DNA of 64,000 nt, from positions 4,092,001-4,156,000 of the forward strand of contig JBHGNT010000010.1 of assembly GCA_043228905.1 (NCBI GenBank), given 5' to 3'. How positions within the stretch are numbered: the stretch's first letter is position 1; the number at the start of each line of letters is the position of its first letter. The notes under the pieces were generated by a model. It was not told the origin of the DNA. It made no database searches and was given only the letters and a program-made list of their open reading frames with translations. Source of the stretch: Azolla caroliniana (taxonomy: Eukaryota; Plantae; Polypodiophyta). The position numbers and the translations under genes are program-made. Shown in pieces: positions 24,145-48,599 of the stretch.

Positions 24145-27100
24145 CCCTTCCAATTCACTACCTTTAAATTCCTGACATTAAATTCTGCTCACCATCGCAT
24201 CTTCTCGGTATGCATCTGCAATCGACATACTCACCAATTAAAAAAGCTTCTCATGTATTGCTCATGTCGTCATCCTTGTTTTAAAGGAATCTGTCTGTAA
24301 TTCGAATCTAACATTCAGTTTAAACTTCGTGATTGAGCGTCTGCACGGAATGAAGTGTCTAGCCATGGGAACTTAATAATACGTAGAGAGGAATACGTTG
24401 CATTTCCTGTTCCATTTTCGACTCATCCTAGTCTTTCCACATAGAAAAAGATGGTTATAATCGTATCCTGAAAACAAAAGATCTGCAATTCGGATCTAAA
24501 CGAAGATTTGCAAGAAGACCATGAAAGTTCAAAACGTAAACTTTTCCTTCTAATTCTGCACCTTCTGTGCAGGTTTTAAGTTTAGCCAAATCCCACTGCA
24601 AGGAGAGACGCAACGCATCGTTTTCTAATGGAAAAGAGAATTATTTTCTTGGAGTCGATAAAGTTAAAGGTGTGAAACGGAAAACTCCAGTACAAGAAGC
24701 AGGTAGAGAAACATTCATGTCAATGTCAGTCCCGTGGATTTGTCTAGCTTGGCCATAACTAAACTGTGTAATTTTGATCATATCTAAATCTCACAAATCT
24801 TTCTCTGCGTACAGAGGAATTAGGGATCTCTATTACCTCTACAGTAACATCAGATGGACTTACAGAGACAACCTACATTTCAACGATGGATACATACTCA
24901 CCTCACATTGGGAAAAAGAAAGAAACTCTTCGCCAACGGAATATCAGAGAACTCCATAGCCAACAAAACGGCACTTTTACCACTATTTCGGCTCCTTCTC
25001 AGGGATTGCAAGTTTCAAATCAAACACCGAAACTGCAAAGAGAAGAAAAGGATGCCATCGTGCATACCAAGGATGCATCTACATCTGTCTCCAATCAAGG
25101 TGCCAGTCTCTCCACAACATCTGAATCTATAGTAAAAGATGATCAAGGAAAATATATCACTTCTGCAAAAGGCTCAGTTCAGCCTGCTGTCATTAGTATT
25201 CCTTGTTGCTCAAAACCTCCCACATATCCCAGGAAAGACAGAGTTCTATATCCGAAATATTATCAGAATTCATCAGTTCAGAGGTCTTCTACGTTACCTC
25301 CGCATTCTATAAATCACACAAAATCAAGCAATAACATGGATTTCATGCCAACCTTCAAGGAGCGTCCATGCTCAGTGAACACAGTTATAGTTGATGGTCA
25401 GATATTAAAAGAAGGATTTCAAAACTCAGAAGTAGATCCTAGGAAACATTACAATAGTGCTTGTCCTGATAATGTAGGCCACTTTTCTAATGATTTGCAA
25501 ATATCAGCAAATGATACATTGTTTCTTCCCCAACAAACTAGTTGTAATTTCATGCCACAACTAAGGCGTGGAAGGCTATCCAGGAAATCAAACCTATGTC
25601 CACAGTCCCAGAGGAAAGGGAATGTGAGTAATTTCTATCGCATTCCTGCACCAAGTGGTATAATGGGAGAGCTTAATCCTGGTATTATCAGAAGACTTCG
25701 AACTAGAAAACACGTTCGTGCTGTGATTGAAGCTATCATCGGGTCTTCTTCTTCATCATGTTCTTCACATGGAAGAACTTCTGTCATTGTTCAGCACAAA
25801 AAAGATAAAATTCAATATGGTGGAAAAGATTGTGGTACCAGAGTCCAGAGTTCTTATGACAAAATAGAGGAAGAAGACACTGTCAATGTTAATGGTACCA
25901 TCGGATTCATGGAAAACCACTTTGATGTTGATGTTCCCTTGGATAAAAGGGATAAAGAGGAGTTTCAAGTTCACCCGTCTTTGAAGGAAAGATCTCCAGA
26001 ACTAAGTCTAGAAGCTATTGAAATGAGAAGGCATGATGAAATGGCTTCACAAGCAAATTCAATTTGTGATGCTCATATGAGTTGGAAGCATACACTGTCC
26101 GATTCCAAGTTTGAGGATGCTTGTGATACAACAGGTTTGTTTAAATTCCAAATTGTTGATATGCCTTGCCTGAATCAATACACAGAAGGGTTGAGTTGGC
26201 TTATGAAAATTTGCAGATCTATCATCTTGTTGGTTGGAGTTGCTGCGTCTCGATATCAAAGGTCGTTTATCTGGTGAGTTTTTTCATCAATAGACCCAAG
26301 AAGAGATTGCAATTCAAAGCTTGCCTTATCTTTAAGAACAATAAATAAATTGAAATGATTCCTGTCGAATTCTATTGACTAATGCACCCACATGATTACA
26401 TCACATGATTACATTGGCAGGAACGTTTTTACAAAAGTTATCAAGAGGAAATAAAATGATTAAACTAATAGAAGTCTACCTACCTATTCATTCATAACAG
26501 AGAGCGAGAGAATATGAGCACAGTGACCTAATGAAAATGCAAATTTTTACAGCTCTTAAAAGAAGCAGAAGGAGAGTAAGAGGTGTTATAGCCTCGTCCA
26601 AACTCGATAAGGTGGCCTCTATGAAGAGGAACATGACTGGTTTCAGTAATAAGGATTGTCAATTGGAAGAGATGCAGAAATGGAGGGATTTCTTCTTGAG
26701 CATGGATGGTGCACTCTGCTCCGAAGGTGCTCAGCTTGTAAGTTGCTTCACTCTGTTATAACATTCGTCTTAGAGAAAAATTTCTCAAACACCCCATAAA
26801 TATACTTAATTTCTCCCACTGCCTCTAAGGTCCAATTGTTTTCCCATATCCTCTCCTCCAAGAGAGATAAAAGGAAACATATTGACATAATTGCTCAAAT
26901 AGCATATATAATCAAGAAGAAGGGGATGAATCGATCATGTAACAGCACGAAATAATACATCTAGTTGACAAGAGAATGCACTGATCTTGTAATTGCCCAA
27001 AAATCACATGTAATTGCTCGGGAGAGGGTAGACAAGGGATATTTAGTAGGGGAAATAAAGACTCAATGGAATTTGAGGGGAATAGAGAGAAACCAAGGGG

Positions 27101-27452
27101 TATCAAGGAATTTTACCCTTTTTTTAGGACTTGTATTGCTTTAATGTGAATCAAGCGTTATAACATGTAGTATTTCCTTGGTATGCAGGAGAAATGGTTA
27201 AGCCAAGTTGTTGAAATGCAGCCTTTCTGTCAAAAGAAGGGCTTTGTTCTGCCGCAATGGGATGTTGCAACATGCAGGTGATTCTTCTTCTAAGGAAATT
27301 CCATTTGTTTGTATTTGAAGTCCCGCTATCATGATTAACTAACTTTACTCATGTGTCTCCATTGCTGAATGATCAGAATGGGAGAAGCAATGATAAGCAA
27401 CATGGGCTCAGCTACATGCATGTTTACCAAAACAACTCAAGTCACGAGCTGA
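23623..27452 (+). CDS. Conserved plant protein of unknown function (resembles the UCP030365-type family)
   Basis: Exons 23623-23883, 24573-24702, 24815-26134, 26217-26273, 26553-26737, 27189-27277, 27377-27452 join in frame with GT-AG sites. Recalled conserved blocks: GELNPGIIRRLRTRKHVRAVIEAII, WLELLRLDIKGRLSALKRSRRRVRGVI, KWRDFFLSMDGALCSEGAQLEKWLSQVVEMQ. The family name is from memory and needs an HMM check. Confidence 0.75.
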
Positions 27453-28492
27453 ACAAATAAAAGCAAAAGCTTTGATCGATTCATTTCGACAAACTTCCAT
27501 TTCAGACATTTTAAAAGAAACCATGAAGTCCAGGGATTAGGGTTTTAACCCAGATTGCTTCTTCCGATTCAGGAACTGTATTCTAGTTTCCTTCCTTTAG
27601 AAGAACTATAATCTGCTAACAACACATTCATTAAAATCAAACAGTTACACACTCCTTGGATGCAGGCGGCAAAGGAGAACATTTTTAAATAAGAGCTTAG
27701 GTTCAGACACATAGTCGCTCCTCTGTGCAGTAGGAAAACTTGATGGAATTGCTTCCTGTAACATATAGAGTCCAGCTCAGCAATGATAGTATTGCTTGTG
27801 ATTTTTATTCAATGAATAATGATGAATTCATATTCAAGTATTATTATTATTATTATACTTGTGACCGGTAAGAAAACTGAACCAAAAGCTTCATGTAAAG
27901 ATGATGGTTCAGTTTGTGCAATGAGGGGTTTCTGATTTGATTGAATGAATAACGGCTGAATTGACATTGAAGAAGGCTGTTACATATTCCTCGCGTTTGG
28001 TTGGAATCCTGTTGCCCTTTGCTTCTGTGTGATATGCAGGTTCAGTTCAGCAATGAGGGAATTGCTCTTTTCTGATTCCATAATCCATTCATTGAATATA
28101 ACATTGTAAATTCATTGATATTCAAGGAATGCCATTGTGATTTTTATTTGCATGTTTAGGAATCCTGTTGACCCTTTCCTTGTGTGTAACATGGAGGGAG
28201 TTCAGAGATCAGCAATGAGAGGATATTGTTGCTCCTGATTTTATTCAATGAATAGAGGTGAATTTGTTCATGTTTAAGGTGTTGCCCTTGCTGATTTATG
28301 AGAAAAAGGGGGGGGGGGTGACAGATGATGAAGTAGTACTGATTGGATTGTGAAGATGGCTTGTGCCCCATGAGTTGATTTCAGTTTCTTTACATTAAAA
28401 TCATGGAGGTTGGTCAAAAGCCTCTAATCTAAGTAACCAAATGCTGTTCTTTAGGTTATGCTCGTTATTAACTTTCATATACATTATTTGTC

Positions 28493-28657
28493 AGGTCATA
28501 CCATTTGATGTGCTTTGATGAGCTTCTTGAGATATGATGATAGGTCATACCATTTGATGTGCTTTGATGAGCTTCTTGAGATATGATGATAGGTCATACC
28601 ATTTGATGTGCTTTGATGAACTTCTTGAGATATGATGATAGGTCATACCATTTGATG
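28493..28657. repeat. 49-bp tandem repeat, about 3.3 copies
   Basis: AGGTCATACCATTTGATGTGCTTTGATGAGCTTCTTGAGATATGATGAT units at 28493, 28542, 28591, plus a partial at 28640. There are no spacers. Confidence 0.95.
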
Positions 28658-31489
28658 GAGCCAAGTCTAGAAACAATTTATTATAAACGGGTAAAATTCA
28701 TACCCTAAAGTTCTACTCTAAATAGTCATAAGACTTAAAGTCAACCAACAAGACAAAAAAGATTATCAAAAACTCACATCACGTGGTGAAGTGAATGAGG
28801 AAGTGATGTCCAAAATATAGTATTGGTGTAAACCCAATTGTTAAGTAGAGTGCTCTAGCCATCACTTCAGCTCAATGTAAGTGTGGGACGTTTTTTATGA
28901 GTAATCTCTTTTGGTTTAGCTTAGAACCCCCATAATTTCACCTCACCTTTCATGCCGCCTCTCTCTTTGGTAAACTAAATTTCGACGATGCAATAGGGAA
29001 AGATGGTGATGACAAGCCAACAATGAAATGAATTTGCGAGAATCATAGATGTGGTTGTACAATAGATGCTTTGTGAAAGTATGGGAAAAGTGATTAGTAA
29101 GTTCTTCACCCTAAGTTTCTAACCACATTGACTAGAGAAACATCCCCAACTTCTTGGAGTCACAATGGTGAAGGTGTCTTAGAAAGGGGAGAAAATCTCT
29201 AACTTTGATGATATGGTACCAGTCCTATTTGGGTGGCATTCAAATGGGTTTTGCTTGTAGAGAGTTACCCTTGAATGATATGCTACTCATTGAATGGGTG
29301 ATAAATAAAGAAAATGTAATATATGAATCAAAGAGTGAAGAAGCTAAGCAGAAAGAGGGCGTCGATGTTCAATGCAAAGGTGGTGGCTAGAAAGAAGAAA
29401 ATGTCCAAGAAAATTAATTTGGTGAAAGAATAATTGTGATTTAGTCTAAAGATGATTTGACTTAGGATGTGATGACAAACATTGTGAAAGCTTGGTTCCA
29501 AAGATTCATTGTTGGGGAGGAAGAAAAGGATGAACATGAAAAACCAATGAGAGAAAAATTGAAGTAGATAATGTGAAAGTTTGGCCAGAAAACATGCAAT
29601 TGGTGAAAACAAAAGAGAGAAAAAATTGTTGGCATAAAAAACCATATTAATGTGGCCTTTGATACCAAAATGATATACATATTGAACCTTGTTTGCTTGT
29701 TCAACACATCTTAAATATATAAATAAATGTCATAATGCAAGATTCATCGCATTGACCTATCCCAAAGCCTTGTCTGAAAGCGTTACGGATACTTCGTTTG
29801 AATTGTACTACTTCGTTTAATTGTTAGTCTTGCAAGCAATCCTCAACATCTCCTTTCCTAGAGTTCTTCACCCTTCACTATTGTCTAAGGGACCGCTTTA
29901 CAGCCTCTCATGTACTCGATCTGGGCTTAGGTGTAGGACAAGAAGTAAAGGTTGATCGCTTATCTTATTCCAATAGATGTGGGCTTGAGATTTCTCTCAA
30001 AATGGTTGATTTAGGCCTCTCTAATTCCATTAAGATAGAACTTCAAACAAATATTGTCCTCAAATTCTGACACATTTTAATTTTTTGAAATCTCTCTTGA
30101 AACATGGTATCTAACTTGTATATCATTGTACGTAGTATATATTATCTTTCTCATAATTGTGTGTAACTCTTTCTACCACCTAAGAGTGGCTATGTGCATA
30201 TTTGTCTGATGGTTGTGCATAGGCTAGCCACAAGATGTGTGTTCATGTATCTACTATGTGATTAACGCTAAGACTAATACCAAGATATAGATTTCGAGAT
30301 CAAGGTAGGCTGCGATAGAAAGATTGATACGACGAGCAAGACCAATATCAACGTTGATGAGGCTCACATAGAAAATGTAACTCAGGTTTGAGATTGAGAT
30401 CAAGATTGTGCCATTGAGATCAAGGTGAGGAGAGCCTGGAGAGGACAAGCAAAATCGACATTGAAGTCATGACAATGGTAGTGACAATAATGGTGATATA
30501 TCACAAAGATCGAGACCATTTAAACGGTAGCAATAGTGATATATCACGATTTAAGGCATACATTAATCGATCATCAAATGTGTGAAGAGAAAGAGGCATG
30601 CATGCATCACAAAGTTGAAAGCATGTCATCCCAAGAAATGCATGTAGAATTGTTACAGTGTTTTTACTTAAAAAACACAATGCTAAGTGAATCGATCTTC
30701 TGCGAAACTTTGATTAAATGGTAATGTGCTACAATATGCTGATTAATTGATCGTCAATTCAGGATTGCAATCGAGACGAGAGTGGACATGGTAGCGACAA
30801 GGATATACCGTGACTAAAAGACAAATAGTGATCGAGATTAAGGCATAGATTGGCGATAAACATAACAACACATCGTAATGACGGTGATAAAGTGTGATTT
30901 AAGAGGCATATATTGATTGGGATTGAGATCGAGATTATGGTTGAAACTTGAAAGAAAGATTTATATTAAAGCCTTCTAAGAACAATTTTGGAGAGCAAGA
31001 GTGATTGATAAGTGTGTGTTGTGTGTGTATATGAGAAGTGGATGGATGAATGGGGATGTGATCCCACATAGAAAGGCCAAAGAACAGAGTGGCTATAAAT
31101 TTAGGGTTTCTGAGCTCTGAGAAGCCATAGCCGTCCTTAGGCGAGGGATGGAAAGGCAGCATTGCTGATGATCGATTCGTGACTGGCTTGCTGTGCTAAC
31201 ACCCCTATATATCTCGAACACACACCAATCCGTGCGTTCTTGCTCCTGCAGACGTCCTCCCCATCCCCTACTTTCGGGTTGGGGTGTGGCGATCTGTTGC
31301 GAGAACGCCAATTTTTGGAACTCCTTTTTTCTGTCTTTTCTTATTCTGTCCTGTTAATTGCGCAGACGGAGAAGAGAAGATAGAGAAAAGATCGCAAATG
31401 AGGGTTCTTGTCAAAACTGAAAACCAAACTGAATTGTTCTCTCTGCACATACAATATGTACAATGATCACCTGTTTAATTATTAGTGCG

Positions 31490-31754
31490 TATTTGTCTCG
31501 TTTGTTGTGATATTAGGGTTTCTTTTGTTGTGATGTTAGGTTTGATTTGTTGTTGTGATGTGAGGGTTTGTTTGTTGTTATGCTGGGGTTTTATTTGTTG
31601 TTGTGATGTTAGGGTTCTAGTAAAAACTGATCTAAACAGGATTGTTTTTTTCTCTGTACATACAAATAGTCATCTGTTTAATTTTAGTGATGTTCGTGTT
31701 TAATTTGCTGTTGATTTAGGGTTTTATCCGTTGTGATGTTTAGGGTTTTGTTTT

Positions 31755-31775
<21 letters not shown>
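31490..31775. repeat. Degenerate TTGTTGTGATGTTAGGGTTT repeat array with telomere-like cores
   Basis: About 8 degenerate units built around (T)GATGTTAGGGTTT. Confidence 0.7.
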
Positions 31776-36862
<5,087 letters not shown>

Positions 36863-37868
36863 ACTCTTCAGTTTAGCTAGCAAATCAGTCTATTAAAGTA
36901 AATGGTCCAAAACATATTGGAGGAACACACCAAGATGTGCTAAAAGCATTGGATGTATAAATCTATATCCATTTGTATTGCTTTGAGTAAACAAGAAATT
37001 TCATGTATAGATATTTAAATAGAAAGCAAAAAATAAAGTTAAAGAAGAACGAAAAGAATAAACAAAAATGAAATAGAAAATATCTACTTATTCAACAATA
37101 AAAAGAAAAATAAGAACTTTTGTGTACATATTGATATTTAAATAGAAAGCAAAAGTAAATAAATAAGAAAACTAAACAACGAAATGAATATTTATGAAGC
37201 CAAGAGGAATATGTTCCTCTCAAAGACTCTTGAACTCTTTTTCTTCTTTTTTTCCTTTTTTTAAGAGAAATGTTTATCTTAGATCAACATGGCAATACAA
37301 AAAGCCCTCAATATCTCCATTACTCCAAGAGTAGTGAAGTTCTTATGGCAAAGTAAACCCTCTAAGGTGCTCTAATATTCAATGAATAAAGCCAATCACG
37401 AATCACAAGGGACATGGTGCTAACACAAAAAATCATTGTTAAATATGCCAAATCAACTTTCCTTGGAGCTCATATATTTGTTGTGGTAATCCACAACACC
37501 CATCAAACAAGAACCCATTTCTATGGCTCTAAGTATGTCACATACCGCAATAACAAAGATAGTTAAACACAACCTTATACAATTGGCAAGGTATAGCTCT
37601 AACACCCTCAAAAACCCATTGAAATGGTGACACAATAATCCTAATTGATGATGCCCAAAGGTGCAATCTTAAAACCCAAATGGATTTAGCAACTAGACAT
37701 GTAAGAACTTGTGTTGTCATCTTTATTAATAATTATATAGAAAAAAGCATGTACCATCTAAATGTGTCGTCATTTTATAGCTATTGTCAAAGGCAACCCA
37801 AACCATTGCATGCAAAAAGAACACCTTCACACAATGAAATACGAGATTGCCAATTTGCACCTAAAACT

Positions 37869-38950
37869 TGTTATCTCCTTCCTCGAAGATACACATTCGA
37901 TTACTCCCTTGAGTAATCGGGTCAAGGAACCATGGTTGCATAGGAAGGTATGATAGGGCTGAACAAGTCGATTAGCTACGAGATGGCTGGCCACAACCGG
38001 TCGTATGACTTATGATTTATGAATAGGATACAATTGAAACGTAAAAATGAATATTGACATGACACCGAAAATGACCCAAACAGAGTGTATATTTATGGAT
38101 TACTGCATGTATCGATTACATAGCTCACGACCGACAGTATTGTTCACTCTCTCTCCTCCAATAACATAAAAACATATATATATTCTCTCTCCTATAGCAT
38201 AAACCGATATATCCCCTCCTTGTTTTGCTACTCCACGCTTTATATAACTCTTGTTTCCTTTGGCGTGCTCCAACTACTCCCTTCTGATTGTCAGCCTCTA
38301 ATTTCGGTTGCATGTGTTACGTTCAACTACTTCCGTTCCGCTCGGGTCGATTCTCCTTTTCACACTCGCCTACTTGTTTCCTTTATACGATTCGTTTCAC
38401 ACCTATTGGCCTTTTGTCCCATGGCTAACACTTGGCACGCCCGTGGGACAGTGCCTTGCACGTCGAACCCACAACAAAACTTCCAAAAAATTAAAAAATT
38501 GAAACTATAGTTATTCGAAAAAATTGCTATGGGACATTAGTCTTCTTCCAAAATTGCGAGGATGTCCTCGGGTTGTTCCAATGTCCCTGTTTGGAGATTG
38601 GTCGTCTCTTCGGCCCTTTGCTTTGTACTAGCAAGGGTGGTAGGTTGTTGTGTCGGCGCTTGAGGCAACTCTTCATTTGTGAGCTCCTCGGCGTATAACT
38701 CGACTGGCAATTGGAGTCGTTGGAGTCTCTACCGTGGATATTGGAGTCGTTGCCTCCTGTTGGGGTTCTGTGATATGTTCTACCACTTGCCCCGCTTCTA
38801 GTCTTGGTCACGTCCCTTCCTCTTCTTTCCGCTCCTGGGTTGCACCCTCGGTCATGTGGCCTATTGATGCCTGTGCAGTGGCTTCTGCTTCCTTTTCAGC
38901 TCGGAGGTGCTCGCGCTCATAGCGGGGCTCATAGCCTTCCGTTTCTAACA
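37869..38950 (-). mobile_element. LTR-like segment
   Basis: On the minus strand it begins TGTTAGAAAC, contains TATATAAA followed by GA-rich sequence, and may end at GATAACA. No TSD was verified and the left boundary is uncertain. Confidence 0.45.
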
Positions 38951-39002
38951 GTTGAGAATCAAGTTCAACATAGTACACAAGAATCACCATCAAAACTTTA
39001 TA

Positions 39003-41985
39003 TGGTATCAAAGCGATTTGGTAGCTTGATCTAGCCCACTTGCCTCATCATGACCATGTGTTGTGTTTACGACGATGAATCAAAGAAATCTGGCTCATCA
39101 CTATCGTAGTCCGCTACATAGCTCTTATTCAAGAGCGAAGAAGAACGAAGACATCTACATCGAACACCATGAAACCTCAAATGGGGAGCGCTCTCCCTAA
39201 CGAGAAGTTGGACCGAAACAACTTCACAACTTGGGAGTACAAGATGCAACAATACCTTGTCGGTCAAGGTTATTGGAGCTACATCAAAGGAGCACAAGAA
39301 AATTGACCCGACCCAAAGGACGCCGACTACTCAACATGGGAGCAAGCGGCGAGTCGAGTGATGTATTTCTTAGCTATCTAGTCAGACGCCTTAGCCAATT
39401 CATGCAAACTCCGCGAGATAATCATTTCGATTGCGTTAAACAAGTATTACGATATGTGAGCGGCACAATGGATTATGACATTCTCCTATCACTTCATTCG
39501 AGAGCGTGTTCAGGCCAGAGATGTCAACCTTCAACACATAAACATAAATCTTCAAACGGTCGACATCTTCACCAAAGCCCTAGGAATCGACAAGCTTCGG
39601 CAATTCATGTCAAACCTTGGATTGACAATCCCTGACTTGCCAAGCTTGAGGGGGAGTACAAGAGAAAATTGATCCGACCCAAAGGACGCCGACTACTCAA
39701 CATGGGAGCAAGCGGCGAGTCGAGTAATTTATTTCTTAGCAACATGTGTTCATGACCACATGCCCGGCTACATTCGAGAAGCCACGACGCCAAAGGAAGC
39801 ATGGGAAAATCTAAGGAAGATATTCGCCGCCAATACGATGGCACGAAAGCTTCAACTCTACCAAGAGTTCAACAACATCCAACAACGGATCAACTCGGCT
39901 ATGGCGGAGACGACACTACGTATCCAATTCGACACATCGGCAATGTCCCATTTAGCAAAGAAGGTAACCAAACTTTTATTAAAAATGTCTTGCATGTACC
40001 AACCATGACGAAGTACTTGGTCTCCGTCGGCCAAATTGTTGAGCAAGGGATGCAAGTACGATTTAATCATGGCGGTTGCTTCATTGAAAAAGAGGGCCGA
40101 CTCATCGCTCGCGGATGAAGAGAGGGCAGAATGTTCATTCTCGACTCGCACGAGATGAAATTGGTCATGTTCACAAAGGGCATGAAGGCCGATTCTGATA
40201 TAGAGTTATGACACAAGCGGATTGGCCATATCAACCTCCAAAAGCTCAAGGCAATGCAATCGAAAGGACTTGTCATCGGGCTCTCGACATTCAACGAGAA
40301 AGAGATTGATTGCCAATTCGGTAAGCAACATCAACACCCATTTCCGAAAGGAGTGGAAAGTGAGCAAAGGCGTACTCGACGTAATTCATTCTGGTGTATG
40401 GGGATTGGCTCAAACAGGTACATTCGGCAGATGTCTATATTACGTGGCCTTTATCGACGACTTCTCTAGAAACCTGGATCTACCCCATGTGAGAAAAGAG
40501 CAAAGTGTTCGAACACTTTCAAAAATTTAAGAATTAAGTCGAGAAAGCCACGGGCCGACATGTACGATGTCCTCGGTCGGATGGAGGAAAGGAGTACTTC
40601 TCTGATGAATTTTCGACTTTTCTACAAAGAAGGAATTCGGCGAGAGTTTTCGTGTCGACATACGCCACAAGAAAACGGAGTACCGAAACGAAAGAATCGG
40701 CACATCCTCGAAGTAGCACGGGCTATGCTTAACGAGAAGCACATGCCGAAGTCGTACTAGGTAGCTGCCAACACAACTGTCTATCTCATGAACCGGTGTA
40801 CGACATCGGGTGTGCACGAACTTACTCTGCACAAGAAGTTTTTTGGGAAGAAGCCGGACCTATCACATGTTCAGATATTCGGCTCCATTGCATACATGCA
40901 CATCCCCGATGATAAGTGACAAAAGCTCGACTTGAAGTTGGAGAAGTGTATCCTCGTGGGATACTCACTATAGCAAAAAGGGTACAAGTGCTATAACCCC
41001 TCGACTTGAAAAGCTCGAGTAAGTCCAGACGTCATTTTCGACGAGTTCACATCTAGGTACGCACCAGAGACAACTTTGAGTCCAATTCCACTCGACCCAG
41101 AATCCGCTGAAATAGAGATAGAAGCCGAAGATCGGCTCATGCGCATGTTCGAAGAAAGTCCGATTACGACAAGGGTTAATCGGCCACAAGAGCCTCTGAG
41201 CGATCGAAGCACATCTCAGTTGAGTCCGAAGCTGGACAAAGGGAAGGCAAAAATGCCGGAGTATGAAGACGATCACTTCAACGACAACAAATCAACTCAC
41301 TCCCTCGATAGTGAGTTCGAAGGCCTTGACATCCAGACAAATGGAGCGAAGAAAGCCTTAGTATCCGCAAACGAGAAGCTTCACCGATCCACCTGTGAAA
41401 AGAACCATGTAAGCCAATTCAGTTACGATGAGTATATGGCGTACCATTACGCCTTTATGATGAAGGTAACAACAATACGAGATCCAGAAACGTTTTCCGA
41501 AGTTGCAAAGGACCCCGGATGGGTTGAAGCGATGAATGAGGAAATACAAGCACTCTCCAAAAACAAGACATGGGATCTTGTCCCCCACTCACCGCACTAG
41601 AAGGCAATTGACTGCAGATGGATCTACAAGGTGAAGTATAACATCGACGACTTCGTAAACCACTACAAAGCTCGACTCGTAGCGAAAGGATACTCACAAA
41701 GACATGGAGTCGACTATAAAGAGACATTTGCCCCAGTGGCAAAGATGACGACTGTGCGGACCGTAATTGCACTCGCAACAATGAAAGGGTGGCACCTCCA
41801 TCAGATGGACGTAAAGAACGCCTATCTTCAAGGCGAATTAGAAGAGGTGCATGGTACAACCACCCAGCGTCAAATCCAGCATTCATCCGAAAGCCGTATG
41901 GCTACTCAAGAAGCCTCTCTATGGCCATAAGCAAGCACCGTGTGCTTGGCATTCGAAGATAACGCAATATCTTCATCAAATCGGC
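39003..41985 (+). mobile_element. Degenerate, internally rearranged Ty1/copia retrotransposon
   Basis: PBS TGGTATCAAAGC (tRNA-Met type) at 39003. Gag (EKLDRNNFTTWEYKM; TPKEAWENL), protease C-half (IKNVLHVPTMTKYLVSVGQ), integrase (HTPQENGV..RKNRHILEVARAML), RT start ([45 protein letters not shown]). Many stops and frameshifts. Confidence 0.95.
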
Positions 41986-47057
<5,072 letters not shown>

Positions 47058-48599
47058 CTAATAAATTATTGACATACATATTTACTGACATGAAACTTAT
47101 ACGATCTCATAAATAAAATGTTGAGGAAGACAATTTCAACTTCTTAAAGGGAAGTCAGAATGAACATTGACATCCTCTAGCACTCATCTTAAAAAAAGAC
47201 TTGAGTCAAGCCATTCTCTCCGGTTCAAGTCCTTGGTGGTCCTCGTGTCATGATGTGACATGCCTATTAATAATTATAAAAAATATTAATATTACCATGG
47301 AAATAAAAAGTAAGTAGTTTGATTGTTAAGGGTAATGAATAGTTATAAGAGGTATGGAGTTTGAATCTCTCTTAGTATTTATGGAAAAACTATTCTTGTT
47401 TTTGCAATTTCGAAGCAAAAACGAAAAAAAAACATGTAAAAAATAGACATCCCTTTTACTATGATTATTTTGGGTGTCCCTTATTTTGCGGTTGGGAGCA
47501 TACCATTAGGGTTTTTGGGCATTCTCTTCTTGACTTTATAGTTCTTCTTCTTCTTCTTATCAAGAGACTTGAGGGGTTTTTTTTTTCTTCCAAAAAAGAG
47601 ACTTGAGGGTTTTAGGGTTATATTTTTACCTCTTCTTCGCATGAGTATAACTTATATGTCTTCGTCTCATCATAATAATATATTTCTTCGTCTCATCATA
47701 ATCACCATCACCATCATTCTCATCATCATCATCATCATCTTCTTCTTCTCAAGTGTACCATCATTTACCTTGACTCCTATGTTCGCATCTTCATCTTTCG
47801 TTAACGTCGACTGGACCTTCGTTTGTGTTAACTCCCTTTGTTCGGGTCATCACCTACGTTCGCGTTGTTGCCACCCAAGGAGAACAACAAAGAGGTCAAC
47901 AAAATAGACTTCTCACTTGGCGAATGTCCTCCCTTGTTCAGGTCCCTCGTAGTCCTGCCCGAGTAGCACATGTATGCAAATTTTTACACGCTCTAATTTA
48001 CACGCTCTAATTATGTGACACCGCTCTAATTTACACGCACACGCATAACTTCGTGACACCATGTCCAAGTGATAACCGATCACAATAATTTGCTCTATTT
48101 CTTAACCACTCAAATGTTGAATTGAGGCCAAGGCTGCTGGTCAAAATTTTTGGCTAATTATGGCTTCGAAATATTATTTCGGGTTGAGACCCAACATGTG
48201 AAGGTATTTTCTCGATGGTCACAATTTGAGCTCTAGCAGGGGGATGGCACCTATGTTCAACAATCCCAATGTTTGTCGAGGCCATATCAATTTCATATCT
48301 TTGTGACATGCATGCTACACAAGGACTCTCTACTCAAGGAGATAGTTGAAGCACTCACGACCAACAAATTCACAAATGAAATTAAGGTAAGCCTTCATAA
48401 CCCATCCAAAGGGAAGAATAAGGTGGATTTCAGTTAGTTCAAATTCAAGCGCGGATTCATATATTGAGACAATATTTTATATGTCCATGAAGGACTGTGT
48501 TGAACCGGTGTACTATAGGAGTGCCATGACGACCCGCCCGATAACCATTTTAGAACTTCACAAAAACCTTAGAATTAGTTTCTCGAGGATATTGGTGGC

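Noticed and set aside
28493-28657. Regular repeats as a CRISPR array
   Set aside because: Head-to-tail 49-bp units with no unique spacers and no cas genes, in a eukaryotic context.
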